64,000 bases of DNA from Bryobacterales bacterium (GTDB taxonomy: Bacteria; Acidobacteriota; Terriglobia; Bryobacterales; UBA6623): NCBI GenBank assembly GCA_963422375.2, contig OY729428.2, forward strand, positions 2,720,001 to 2,784,000, in the 5' to 3' direction. Shown here piece by piece: positions 1 to 9,110 of the stretch; within the stretch, counting starts at the first letter, position 1; each line of letters starts with the position of its first letter. The notes beneath the pieces are model-generated. The model searched no databases. It worked only from the letters and a program-made list of their open reading frames with translations, and was not told where the DNA came from. The translations under genes were made by a program, and so were the position numbers.

Positions 1-322
1 GGTAGGTAGACAGGAAGATAAACCCGAGGTCGTGGACTTCGCGATCCATCTTGCGGGGCTCCAGCGGGGTCGTGTACCGCTCTGCCAGCGCCATCCACGC
101 AGGGTCCCCGGTGCGCCTTGCGAAGATCCACATCATGCCGGGCAGGAACCCGTCGCACCAGTGCGTCCAGGCCGGCTTGCCGTGGCGCCAGCGCCCCTGC
201 TCGGTGTACATCGGGTAGAAGCCCTCGTCGCGCTCCGCCGTCGCGCGCACTTGGCGCTGTGCGAATTCCAAGGCGCGCAGATACACCTCCCGGGAGCCGG
301 CGAGCGAGGTCAGTTCCAGCAT
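1..322 (-). CDS. Glycoside hydrolase family 88 (unsaturated glucuronyl hydrolase), N-terminal part; runs off the window edge
   Basis: Not in the ORF track. Manual translation from ATG at 322: MLELTSLAGSREVYLRALEFAQRQVRATAERDEGFYPMYTEQGRWRHGKPAWTHWCDGFLPGMMWIF...EVHDLGFIFLSTY. The W.xGF.PG..W and HDLGF motifs are typical of GH88. Confidence 0.8.
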   Translation of the reverse strand, partial: MLELTSLAGSREVYLRALEFAQRQVRATAERDEGFYPMYTEQGRWRHGKPAWTHWCDGFLPGMMWIFARRTGDPAWMALAERYTTPLEPRKMDREVHDLGFIFLSTY

Positions 323-330
323 GGAGGCAC

Positions 331-336
331 AGTCTA
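331..336 (-). promoter_or_regulatory. Putative extended -10 box (TGc-TAGACT) 8 nt before the GH88 ATG
   Basis: Minus strand reads gtgc TAGACT gtgcctcc ATG, with no Shine-Dalgarno in the spacer. Confidence 0.45.
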
Positions 337-368
337 GCACTGCCCGAGCTGCCCGCCCGCGGCCCGGG

Positions 369-986
369 TTAGCGCTTCTTGGAGAGCGGGATTTCGAAGT
401 AGAACAGGTCGCGGCCGTTCGTGATGTCGTATATGCCGGTGATATAGGCCGCGGCACCCGACAGAGACTCGTCCGAGCTCACCCAGAAGTACAGGAAGCC
501 GCTAGCCGTGCTCTTCGGGGTGACGATCGGCGCGAGAAACTCGTTCTGAGTGATCTCGGTTCGGTTCAATGGCCCCTTCCGGACCCGCGTGCGGCCCAGA
601 CCGGGCACGCCGGGAATGTTCCTGCGCGTCGGCTGGTGTCCCTTCGGATTGTAGCTGGCGAGTTCCGCGCCGCTGACCGGCTCGATCCCATCCCTGCCGG
701 AGGTGATCAGGCGGACCTGCAGGTTCTCCAGCGAGTACGAATTGGTCCCGGTGTTCGACATCACCACCAGCAGGGGGGTCACACCGTGGTCGTAGGGGCG
801 TAACTTGCCGAACGCGCTCTGCTGGTCCTTGTCCGAAACGAAGGGCCTGACCGCGACGATCAGGTCGCCTTGCTTCTGCTTCGTCGGGTACTTATCGGCC
901 GTCTTCGCCCGGAATTGTCCTTGCCCGTGCGCCGCGCCCGCGAGAACCGTAGCGAGCACGCACACCGAAACGATGAGTCCCCGCAT
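369..986 (-). CDS. Secreted hypothetical protein
   Basis: Signal peptide MRGLIVSVCVLATVLAGAAHG. Coding-like composition to ...RDLFYFEIPLSKKR. Start is 986 or 998; the ORF-track start at 1136 overlaps the next gene. Confidence 0.7.
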   Translation of the reverse strand: MRGLIVSVCVLATVLAGAAHGQGQFRAKTADKYPTKQKQGDLIVAVRPFVSDKDQQSAFGKLRPYDHGVTPLLVVMSNTGTNSYSLENLQVRLITSGRDGIEPVSGAELASYNPKGHQPTRRNIPGVPGLGRTRVRKGPLNRTEITQNEFLAPIVTPKSTASGFLYFWVSSDESLSGAAAYITGIYDITNGRDLFYFEIPLSKKR

Positions 987-1021
987 CTGTGATGACATAG
1001 TATCAGTCTGTCCCCTGTCGA

Positions 1022-3385
1022 TTGGTCCGGCTCGCCTACAACCTATTGCTGGCTGTCCTCGCCCCGGCGGCAATCCCCTACTGGATCCTGCGCGGTCGCG
1101 CGAAAGGCCGCTCATGGGGCGACATCGGCAGGGCACTCGGAATCATCCCGCCTCTTGAGCATACGATTCGCCAGCCGTCCGTTTGGTTTCACGCGGTCTC
1201 GGTCGGCGAGGTGCAATCGTGTGTGCCGTTCCTGCAAGGGCTGCGCCGGGCATTGCCGGCGGCAGCCATCTACGTCAGCGCAGGAACAGCGACCGGGCTG
1301 GGCCTGGCAAGAGAGCGGCTGCGGGATCTTGCCGACGGCGTCTTCCCGGCTCCGGCGGACTTCCCGTGGTGCGTAGCGCGCGTGCTCCGCAGGCTGGAGC
1401 CGCGCCTGCTGGTCGTCGCCGAGACGGAACTTTGGCCGAACTACTTCTTCCAGGCGAAGCGCTTCGGAGCGGCGACGCTGATCGTCAACGGCAGGCTCTC
1501 CGACCGCTCAGCGCCCAGGTACCGGCGACTCCGGCACCTCTTTCGGTCCGTGCTGGGCTCGGTCGACGCGATCCTGGTCCAGTCGGAAACGGACCGCGAC
1601 CGCTTCCTCGGGGCCGGCGCGGATGCAGCTGTCACGCTGCTCGGCGGCAATCTCAAGTACGACTTCGATTCCGACGCGTCCGCCGCCGCCCTGCCACCCG
1701 CAATCGACGCGTACCTCAAGGCCGCGCGGCCGGACCTGGTGCTGGTCGCCGGCAGCACGAGGGAAGGCGAGGAGGCGATGCTCGTCCCGGCGCTGCGCTC
1801 GATAGCGGAGCGCACGCCGCGCTGTCTCGCAGTGGTCGCTCCGAGGCATCCGCATCGATTCGGCGAAGCCGCGCGGGAGTTGCAGGCGGTCGGAGTGCCG
1901 GTCCTGCGTCGGTCGCGCCTCGTCTCGGCAGCGTCGACCGCGCTCCCTGCCGTGCTGCTGCTGGACAGCCTGGGCGAACTCGCGTCGCTGTACGCTCGCT
2001 GCGACCTAGCATTCGTCGGGGGGTCCTTGAACGGCTGGGGAGGCCACAACGTGCTGGAGCCGGTCCGCTTCGCGAAGCCGGTCGTCGTCGGGCCCTACAT
2101 GCAGAACTTCCGGACCATTGCGACGGGCCTCGCGGCAGCCGGCGGGCTGCTGCAGGTCAAGAGCGCCGACGACCTGCCGGAGGCACTGGCTCGCCTTGCG
2201 GCTGACAGGATCAAGCGGGAAGCGCTGGGGCGAACCGGCCGCGCGTTTGCCTTTGCGCAGCGCGGGGCATCGGAGAAGGCAGCCGATCAGGCGAAGCGCC
2301 TGTTCGCCCAAGCGCTGCCGCGCCGCCCTCCTTCCACGCTCGCGCTCGCCGCCCTCGGACTGCCGTCGGCGCTCTGGAGCGCCTTGGCACTCCTGCGAAG
2401 GAAGGCCTACGACTCCGGTGTCCTGGCGGTGCGCCGGCTAGCCGTTCCGGTCGTGTCCGTCGGCAACCTGACCGTCGGCGGGACCGGCAAGACGCCCGCG
2501 GTGGCGTGGCTCGTCGAGCGCCTCCGGGAGAGGGGGCTCGTCACCGCGGTCTTGACGCGCGGCTACGGTCGCCGGGACGAGAGCGGCTTGCGCGTGGTGC
2601 GGGCAGGGGACGCCGCCGACCCACGCGAGGTCGGGGACGAGCCGGCGATGCTGGCAAGGCGATTCGCCTCGACGGCGCCGGAAACGCGCATCGCGGTCTG
2701 CGCGGACCGCTTCGCGGCAGGCCGGGCGCTTGAAGCCGAAGGTGGAATCGACGTGTTCGTGCTCGACGACGGATTCCAGCACATGCAACTTCACCGGAAC
2801 CTAGACCTCGTCCTTGTCGACGCCATCGCGCCCTTCGGGAACGGGTACGCGTTGCCCTTGGGCCGCCTGAGGGAAGCGCCTGGCGCCCTGCTCCGCGCCG
2901 ACGCCGTGCTCATCACGCGCTGCAACGCGGAATTCGACCACGCCGCGCTGTGCCGAACGGTACGTGAGATGAATCCAGACGCGAGAGTCTATCGGTCCCG
3001 CATGGCGACCAACTGCCTGGTCGAACTGGCGACGGGCCGGGAGGAATCGCCCGAACTAGCGGCGGGAAAGCGTGTCGCCGCCTTCTGCGGCATTGGAAAC
3101 CCTCGGTCATTCTTCGGTCAAGTGCGGTCCATCGGATGCGAGATCGTTTCGGAACGCACATTCCGCGACCACTATTCATACACGGCATGGGACATAGACA
3201 CACTGTGCCAGGCTGCGAGGAAGAGCGGCGCGGAGGCTATGATAACAACAGCCAAGGATGCCATCAACCTCGCAGTTTCAGGTCACTTCAAGTTGCCCGC
3301 ATATGCCCTGCATATCGAATTGGAAGTGGAACATCCCAGTGTTTTAATCGCGCAAATAGCTCGGAAAATATCCAGATCATTCTGA
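1022..3385 (+). CDS. waaA-lpxK: Fused Kdo transferase (WaaA/KdtA, N-terminal) and tetraacyldisaccharide 4'-kinase (LpxK, C-terminal)
   Basis: WaaA motifs: WFHAVSVGE, ETELWPN, NGRLS, GNLKYD, AGSTREGEE, APRHP, GGHNVLEP. LpxK motifs: VGNLTVGGTGKTP, RGYG, GDEP, LDDGFQH, PLGRLRE, GIGNP, DHY, TTAKDA. Single 787 aa ORF. Confidence 0.93.
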   Translation: MVRLAYNLLLAVLAPAAIPYWILRGRAKGRSWGDIGRALGIIPPLEHTIRQPSVWFHAVSVGEVQSCVPFLQGLRRALPAAAIYVSAGTATGLGLARERLRDLADGVFPAPADFPWCVARVLRRLEPRLLVVAETELWPNYFFQAKRFGAATLIVNGRLSDRSAPRYRRLRHLFRSVLGSVDAILVQSETDRDRFLGAGADAAVTLLGGNLKYDFDSDASAAALPPAIDAYLKAARPDLVLVAGSTREGEEAMLVPALRSIAERTPRCLAVVAPRHPHRFGEAARELQAVGVPVLRRSRLVSAASTALPAVLLLDSLGELASLYARCDLAFVGGSLNGWGGHNVLEPVRFAKPVVVGPYMQNFRTIATGLAAAGGLLQVKSADDLPEALARLAADRIKREALGRTGRAFAFAQRGASEKAADQAKRLFAQALPRRPPSTLALAALGLPSALWSALALLRRKAYDSGVLAVRRLAVPVVSVGNLTVGGTGKTPAVAWLVERLRERGLVTAVLTRGYGRRDESGLRVVRAGDAADPREVGDEPAMLARRFASTAPETRIAVCADRFAAGRALEAEGGIDVFVLDDGFQHMQLHRNLDLVLVDAIAPFGNGYALPLGRLREAPGALLRADAVLITRCNAEFDHAALCRTVREMNPDARVYRSRMATNCLVELATGREESPELAAGKRVAAFCGIGNPRSFFGQVRSIGCEIVSERTFRDHYSYTAWDIDTLCQAARKSGAEAMITTAKDAINLAVSGHFKLPAYALHIELEVEHPSVLIAQIARKISRSF

Positions 3386-3514
3386 CGGATATCCCGTCAA
3401 TAGTACCTAAGGATATTAGCAACAAAGTGCAATCACTCATGCTGTCAACGTCCTATGAAGTTTCTCTATTTTTCTGAGATCTCTCTCGAAATGGACAGGA
3501 TAACTTGGAACACT

Positions 3515-3900
3515 TTATTGAGATTCAATCAAATCAAGGCTCCGCATCAACACTCTAAAGCTGGTTGACTTGTTTTGACCGGGCATCAGATGCTGAGCCA
3601 TCAAACCAGCTCCCGAAACCTTCCTGAAGTTTGGCACAAGACGCTTGAGTTCGCTAGATGGGCGCTGCACGGAATCCGGGTCGCGAAATCGAGCCCTCCG
3701 GCCAATCTGGCGAAGGGTCGGGTCGCCAAATGCCATTGCCATTGCGTCTGGATCACCAAGGTACCAAGATTCCAACTCCCTGCACACAATTCGAATCACG
3801 ACATCTCTTTGTCCACCGCTCTTGCAACGCCGTTGAACCGCAGCCTTGACCCTGCGACAGTCATTGACAGTTCTTCCACCAAGAATACTACTCGCTCCAA
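3515..3900 (-). pseudogene. DUF4276-family (TOPRIM-like) protein with internal deletion and frameshift
   Basis: TTG at 3900 gives MERVVFLVEELSM, a typical DUF4276 N-terminus, but this frame stops at 3796-3798. A different frame from ~3862 gives DCRRVK...VIRIVCRELESWYLGD...RFRDPD...KVSGA...NKSTSF. The span is 386 nt (not a multiple of 3) and the middle of the domain is missing. Confidence 0.75.
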
Positions 3901-5081
3901 TATAGTTCTGCTCCTTCAAGTAGTCCGCTGTACCACAGCGTACCAGGTAGGTCTCCATTTTCGTGGAGACGGTGTAGCAATTCGCTCTCTGCAACACATC
4001 GCACAGTGCTGAATCCTTTGCGTTTGGTGAAGTAATAGATTTCTTCCAGCTTGGCCCAGTTCAAGAAATCGCACGAATGCGTTTCGATGAATGCTTGTCC
4101 ATTCATACTAGAGTATGACCTAAGATCTTCCACAACCTGCACTATTGACCAAGGATCGATTCCTCGCTCAGGATCCTTGACTAAGAGGAGAGAGTGCGGT
4201 CTCGGGTCATTCAGAACAACCAAGTGTGCAAGCGTTCTCAACATTCCATCCGATACATGACTTGCATCGAACCACTCTTTCAAACTATATTCGCGGAATC
4301 GCATTCTTAGGTTTCCTGTGGCAGTTTGCTCCGTCTTAATATCACTTATATTGGCTGATTGAAACCGATAGTCGGAGATGATCTCACGAAGTGTGTCCGG
4401 ATGGCGATGTTGAAGAAAATACGCCACCTGTGCTAGATTTCCGCCAGTACTAGAAAGGTGACTGGAGTACCTCGCAGGGATCTGAGAACGCATTTGGTCC
4501 GTCCTAATGTCCGACAAATGTGTGCTACAAAGTAGCCCGTACAATTCACTGGATGCCATTGCAACTGGCGTTGAATGCTCAGATTCAGCCATGCTCGTGA
4601 CTTCAAGTCCATTCTGTTTGAGGAGTCTATACTCTCCCTGCTTCGGAGTCGCTTGATAGATTACGGAGTCTTCAGTCTGAACAACTTCGAACGGAGATGG
4701 ATGCTTGATTCCTCCGCCCGTCATATCCTCCGATTCATCCCTAGCGTGTTCCAAGGATTCGCGCACCTGAACCACAGATTGTTCAGTCTTCGCACACTTG
4801 ATAGAGTACTTCAGCACGCGTCCGGTCTTGTCGCGATAGCTCACGCTCACGCTCACCGGGCCTACCTGTCCCCGACTGACGATGCTGTCGAAGCCTCCGC
4901 GCTTCGATATTGCTTCGGTTACGCTTCCAGTCACAGCATCCCCAAGAAACCCAAGCACGTCAAGCAGGGTGGACTTGCCGGCCCCCGGTCGCCCGACCAG
5001 CACAGCGAAGCCGGGGATGTCGCAAAGAGTGACGTCGCGCAACGCACGATAGTTGCGTACGTGCAACTCCTCAACTTGCAC
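3888..5081 (-). CDS. ABC/AAA_21-type ATPase paired with DUF4276; degenerate Walker B
   Basis: VRNYRAL, Walker A GRPGAGKST, KRGGF, signature-like VSDGMLR, H-loop ETHS. The Walker B/D-loop reads LLLVKDPERGIDP instead of hhhhEEPENGLHP. GTG start at 5081 follows a purine-rich GGAAGGGA. Confidence 0.85.
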   Translation of the reverse strand: MQVEELHVRNYRALRDVTLCDIPGFAVLVGRPGAGKSTLLDVLGFLGDAVTGSVTEAISKRGGFDSIVSRGQVGPVSVSVSYRDKTGRVLKYSIKCAKTEQSVVQVRESLEHARDESEDMTGGGIKHPSPFEVVQTEDSVIYQATPKQGEYRLLKQNGLEVTSMAESEHSTPVAMASSELYGLLCSTHLSDIRTDQMRSQIPARYSSHLSSTGGNLAQVAYFLQHRHPDTLREIISDYRFQSANISDIKTEQTATGNLRMRFREYSLKEWFDASHVSDGMLRTLAHLVVLNDPRPHSLLLVKDPERGIDPWSIVQVVEDLRSYSSMNGQAFIETHSCDFLNWAKLEEIYYFTKRKGFSTVRCVAESELLHRLHENGDLPGTLWYSGLLEGAELYWSE

Positions 5082-5109
5082 GACTTCCCTTCCGAACGAA
5101 CCGGCGGAC

Positions 5110-6501
5110 CTACTTCGCAATCCCGCCCTCCGTCATCGCTAGCGGGTCCAGCAGGCGATCGAGATCCTCGGGTGCGAGGCCGGTCTCCTCGACCGCGATG
5201 TCCTTCACGCGCCGCCCTTCGGCGTAGGCTCGCTTGGCAACACTAGCCCCCTTCTCGTAGCCGATCACCGGGTTGAGGGCCGTGACTAAGATCGGATTCC
5301 GTTCGGCCAGTTCACGGGCGCGAGCTTCGTTCGCCACGAAACCGGCGATCGCGCTCTTCGCTAGCACCGTCGCCGCGTTACCGAGGAGCCGCGCACTCTC
5401 GAGTAGGTTGTGAGCGATCACGGGGAGCATGACGTTCAACTGGAAGTTTCCCGACTGGCCAGCCACGGTGACGGTCGCGTCGTTGCCGATAACTTGCGCG
5501 CATACCATGGCCACGGCTTCCGGAATAACCGGATTCACCTTGCCGGGCATGATGCTGGAGCCCGGCTGCAGGGCCGGCAGCGCGATATCGGCGATCCCGG
5601 CGATCGGCCCGCTGTTCATCCACCGCAGATCGTTGGCGATCTTCATGATCGAGACCGCGACGGTCTTGAACTGCCCGCTGAGTTCTACTGCGGCGTCCTG
5701 GCTCGACAGGCTCGTGAAATAGTTGCGGCTGGATATGAACGGCAGGCCGGTCTCTGCAGACAGGCGCTTAGACACCCTCGGACCGAATTCCGCGTCTGCG
5801 TTAACTCCGGTACCGACCGCAGTGCCGCCGAGAGCGAGAGGAGAGATCCGAGCCAGTGCGGACCGCACTCGCTGCTGCCCTTGGGCGATCTGGACGGCCC
5901 ACCCCCCGAGTTCCTGGCTCAAGCGGATAGGCAGAGCGTCCATCAGGTGCGTGCGACCCGTCTTGACCACTCGGTCGACGGATTCGGCCTTCTCAACCAG
6001 TGCTGCTCGAAGGGTCTCCAATCCCGGCAGCGTCGTCCACGACGTCTCCATGTACGCGCTGACATGGATCGCAGTCGGGATCACGTCGTTGCTCGACTGG
6101 CCCATGTTGACGTGATCGTTAGGATGCACAGGCTGCCCGAGCCTGGCGCTTGCCAAGGTGGCGATCACCTCGTTGGCATTCATGTTGGTCGAAGTGCCCG
6201 AACCGGTCTGGAAGATGTCGATCGGAAACTGGTCGTCGTGCGCACCGCCCGCGACTTCCTCGGCAGCTCCTTGGATCGCGCGAGCCAGGCCTTCGTCCAT
6301 CTGACCAAGCTCGCTATTGACCCTCGCGGCCGAGGCCTTGATCAGGCCTAGGCTGCGGATGAACGTGCGCGGAACGCGGATTCCGCTAATCGGGAAGTTC
6401 TCGACCGCACGCTGTGTCTGTGCCTTGTAAAGCGCCTTGGCGGGAACGCGAACGTCGCCCATGGAATCCCGCTCGACTCTGTAGGAATCGCTTTCCTGCA
6501 T
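5110..6501 (-). CDS. fumC: Class II fumarate hydratase
   Basis: RVERDSMG, QTQRAVENF, QTGSGTSTNMNANEV, HPNDHVN, GRTHLMDA, signature GSSIMPGKVNP. Start is 6501 or 6507. Confidence 0.93.
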   Translation of the reverse strand: MQESDSYRVERDSMGDVRVPAKALYKAQTQRAVENFPISGIRVPRTFIRSLGLIKASAARVNSELGQMDEGLARAIQGAAEEVAGGAHDDQFPIDIFQTGSGTSTNMNANEVIATLASARLGQPVHPNDHVNMGQSSNDVIPTAIHVSAYMETSWTTLPGLETLRAALVEKAESVDRVVKTGRTHLMDALPIRLSQELGGWAVQIAQGQQRVRSALARISPLALGGTAVGTGVNADAEFGPRVSKRLSAETGLPFISSRNYFTSLSSQDAAVELSGQFKTVAVSIMKIANDLRWMNSGPIAGIADIALPALQPGSSIMPGKVNPVIPEAVAMVCAQVIGNDATVTVAGQSGNFQLNVMLPVIAHNLLESARLLGNAATVLAKSAIAGFVANEARARELAERNPILVTALNPVIGYEKGASVAKRAYAEGRRVKDIAVEETGLAPEDLDRLLDPLAMTEGGIAK

Positions 6502-6670
6502 CACCATTCAAGGTACATGACCGAGCCGACTGGCTGGTCCGGCGGCAATCCCCGAGCCCCGTCGCGAATTCGAGGGGCCGTTCGCTGTTTCGAATCGGAC
6601 GACGGGCGAACCGCCATGCCGCATCTATGTAGCGGCCGTCGGAATGCGCGGCGGGAGGGATCGCCCGAGC

Positions 6671-7897
6671 CTACAGCGTGAATTCGACGAGTTGCCCGCC
6701 GTTCCGGATCGAATGCCTAGCGGCCTCGCATGCCGCCTCGTTGTACCTGCTGTTGGATGGCGTTGCAAGGATCCCAGCGCGTGCGATCTCGTCGACCAGC
6801 CTTCGGCGACTCTCGAGCCCGTCCGCTTCCCGCTCCACACGCAAGGCTTCCTCCACAATGTGGCGGACCGACCGCACGCCGTAGCCGGTCGGCGCCAGCC
6901 CGGGCCCGCCAAGGTCTTGATACATGAAGTAGTCCGGGCTCGGCTCGGCGTACTGAGTGCCGCCCGGGCCAGGCAGCCGCTCGGCGAAGCTGTAGGCGAT
7001 TCCTCGGTACTGGTCGGAGTGGTCAATCAGAGCCCCTCGGCCGCTGCCGCTGCAATAGAGCGTCAGGCCCTGCGTGTTCGGCCCGGGCGCCGCGTCCGGA
7101 AAGCTCAGAGAGTTCTGCACGTTGAGGCAGGCACCGTTCTCCCAGAGCACCCTCGCGTCGGACCAGAGGTAGCCCCGCTTGCCATTCGGCAAATCCTCCA
7201 AGATGCCGTAGACCGAAACTGCCGTCGGCACGAGTCCGGTGATGAAATGCACCAAGTCCACATAGTGGCAGCCGATGTAAACGAACGAGTCCGTGGCGTC
7301 CGCGGTGAACCAGTTCTGGAAATTCGAGTTCCGGTAATGCCACTTCTCCATGAGGCGCGCCGTGCCGAGGCGGAGGTCGCCGAACTGGCCTTGCCGGTAG
7401 AGGTCACGCGCCATCAGGCTTCGCGGGTCGAAGCGCTTGTGGTATTCGACGCCCACGAGGAGTCCGCGAGCCGCTGCCTCGCGCTCGATTTCTAGCGAGT
7501 GCTCAACCGACAGCACAAGGGGTTTCACGCAGCAGACGTGCTGCCCGGCGCGCAGGGCGTCGAGCACGACCTCGCGATGGAACTGGTCGGGCACTGCCAC
7601 GACGACCACCGATCCGGCCGGCCGCTCCCGCAGGACGGCCTTGTAGTGCGCGGGGCACGGTTCGTCGGGTCCGGCCCCCGGTGCGAGGAGCGCTCGGAAT
7701 CGGACATCCGGGAACGCCCTGCGAATCGCCGGCGCCTTCGCGAGAGCGAGGACCGACCCGTTGCGCTGCGAGCAGACCGACACGTCGCCGACCGCGCCCT
7801 CGCGCCGCATCTGGAGCAGGGCCGGCAGGATCTGGTCGTGCGCGATCATTCCCGCGCCGATCAGCAGGACAGGTGTCTCGGACGCAGGACCGGACAC
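6671..7897 (-). CDS. Gfo/Idh/MocA-family oxidoreductase
   Basis: Rossmann LIGAGMI, VAVPDQFH, CVKPL (variant of EKP), VEYHKRFDP, GCHYVDL. GTG start lies 1 nt after the upstream TAG. Confidence 0.85.
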   Translation of the reverse strand: MSGPASETPVLLIGAGMIAHDQILPALLQMRREGAVGDVSVCSQRNGSVLALAKAPAIRRAFPDVRFRALLAPGAGPDEPCPAHYKAVLRERPAGSVVVVAVPDQFHREVVLDALRAGQHVCCVKPLVLSVEHSLEIEREAAARGLLVGVEYHKRFDPRSLMARDLYRQGQFGDLRLGTARLMEKWHYRNSNFQNWFTADATDSFVYIGCHYVDLVHFITGLVPTAVSVYGILEDLPNGKRGYLWSDARVLWENGACLNVQNSLSFPDAAPGPNTQGLTLYCSGSGRGALIDHSDQYRGIAYSFAERLPGPGGTQYAEPSPDYFMYQDLGGPGLAPTGYGVRSVRHIVEEALRVEREADGLESRRRLVDEIARAGILATPSNSRYNEAACEAARHSIRNGGQLVEFTL

Positions 7898-7898
7898 G

Positions 7899-9110
7899 CT
7901 ACCTGCCTCTGGCGCGCGCCGAGGCAGGCGGCCGTCGCAGCACGATGCGGGCGATCTGCTCCAGCACCGCCCTGAAGTATGCCGAGTGGCGCTCGTTCGA
8001 CCCCTGAGACTCATCGAACGACGAACTGACGGGCAGGTTGTAGTCGAAGGGAAATACGTTGGCGGTCCGGGCGGGCACGAAGCTCCACCCCGAGGCCCCT
8101 TGGATGTACGCCTCGGCGATGGCGTGCTCGCGCTCCAACTCGTCCGTGGTGGCCTGCACACCGTTGCTGTCGCTGACCATCAGCACCGGGCGCCCGTACT
8201 GCTTGAATTGCTTGGAGCGGGCCAGCTTGTCGGCGGTGCTGCGCCCGTCGCCCTGCAACAGGACCACGTCGCAAAGGCGGGCCAGGGACATCGGATAGAG
8301 CATTCCGGACCCGCTCGAGGCCCCGATCGGCAGGCTGAAGTCGGCGTCGTGAAACTGCTCGCGCACCGTCCGGATGAGGAACTCGACGTAGCGCGGGATG
8401 AACAGGCGGTGGTCCCAGCGGCCCTCCGGCTCGTCCCAAGCGTCCGCGACATCGATGATGACGTTGCGAGCGTTACGTTCGATCAAGTGCCGGGCGATGT
8501 TGCTGACCGCCGCCACGATGGCCTCCCGCGAGGCCAGCGCCTCGTCTTGGTCCTGCTGAAACAGGACGAGACACACGATGAGACCGTGGCGGTTCGCGGC
8601 ATCCAACAGCCTGTCGAGCCTCGACATCCAGGCGGGCTTGAGGGACCCGTCCGGGTTGTAGGCGCTGACGAGCGCACCCGAACTCTCGCCCAGGTCCGCG
8701 CTGGCCCCGCGGGCTACGCCGTTCCTTTCCCCCGAGTAGCCCGGATCACCGCCCTGCAGGCTGACGACGATCCCCCCGACGCCATGCTCCTCGTATGTCG
8801 CGAGCTGGTCGATCACCCGGTCCGTGTTCGCATCCGGGTCAAAACGCCGCTCGCGGAGCCACTCGTCTTCAAAGAGCGCCTGCGTGACGCGCACCATCGC
8901 CAAGCTCCCCCGCACCCTGCGACGGTACCGCCCTCCGTCGTAGGTGAGACCCCACGCGGATCCGGCCGAGGTCCTCAGGTAGAACTGGTCCTGCCGGTAC
9001 CGCGGGCCCAGCATGGACCCGCTAGCAATCTCAATGCCGACCGCAGGCAGGGCTGAGACCGCGACCAGCCCGGCCAGCACCGGCAACCCGAATGGCAGAC
9101 GGACTCTCAT
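7899..9110 (-). CDS. Secreted glycoside-hydrolase-like (clan GH-A/GH5-like) TIM-barrel protein, catalytic residues apparently absent
   Basis: Signal peptide; FDPDANTD, SLQGGDPGY, NPDGSLKP...RLDRLLDAA...GLIVCLVLF pattern. The expected NE and nucleophile-Glu positions read DVADAW and VLMVSD. Confidence 0.6.
   Translation of the reverse strand: MRVRLPFGLPVLAGLVAVSALPAVGIEIASGSMLGPRYRQDQFYLRTSAGSAWGLTYDGGRYRRRVRGSLAMVRVTQALFEDEWLRERRFDPDANTDRVIDQLATYEEHGVGGIVVSLQGGDPGYSGERNGVARGASADLGESSGALVSAYNPDGSLKPAWMSRLDRLLDAANRHGLIVCLVLFQQDQDEALASREAIVAAVSNIARHLIERNARNVIIDVADAWDEPEGRWDHRLFIPRYVEFLIRTVREQFHDADFSLPIGASSGSGMLYPMSLARLCDVVLLQGDGRSTADKLARSKQFKQYGRPVLMVSDSNGVQATTDELEREHAIAEAYIQGASGWSFVPARTANVFPFDYNLPVSSSFDESQGSNERHSAYFRAVLEQIARIVLRRPPASARARGR

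Noticed and set aside
3901..3997. ORF-track start of the 160 aa DUF4276 ORF at 3997
   Set aside because: It lies inside the ATPase gene and is not DUF4276-like. The real N-terminus is in another frame at 3900.
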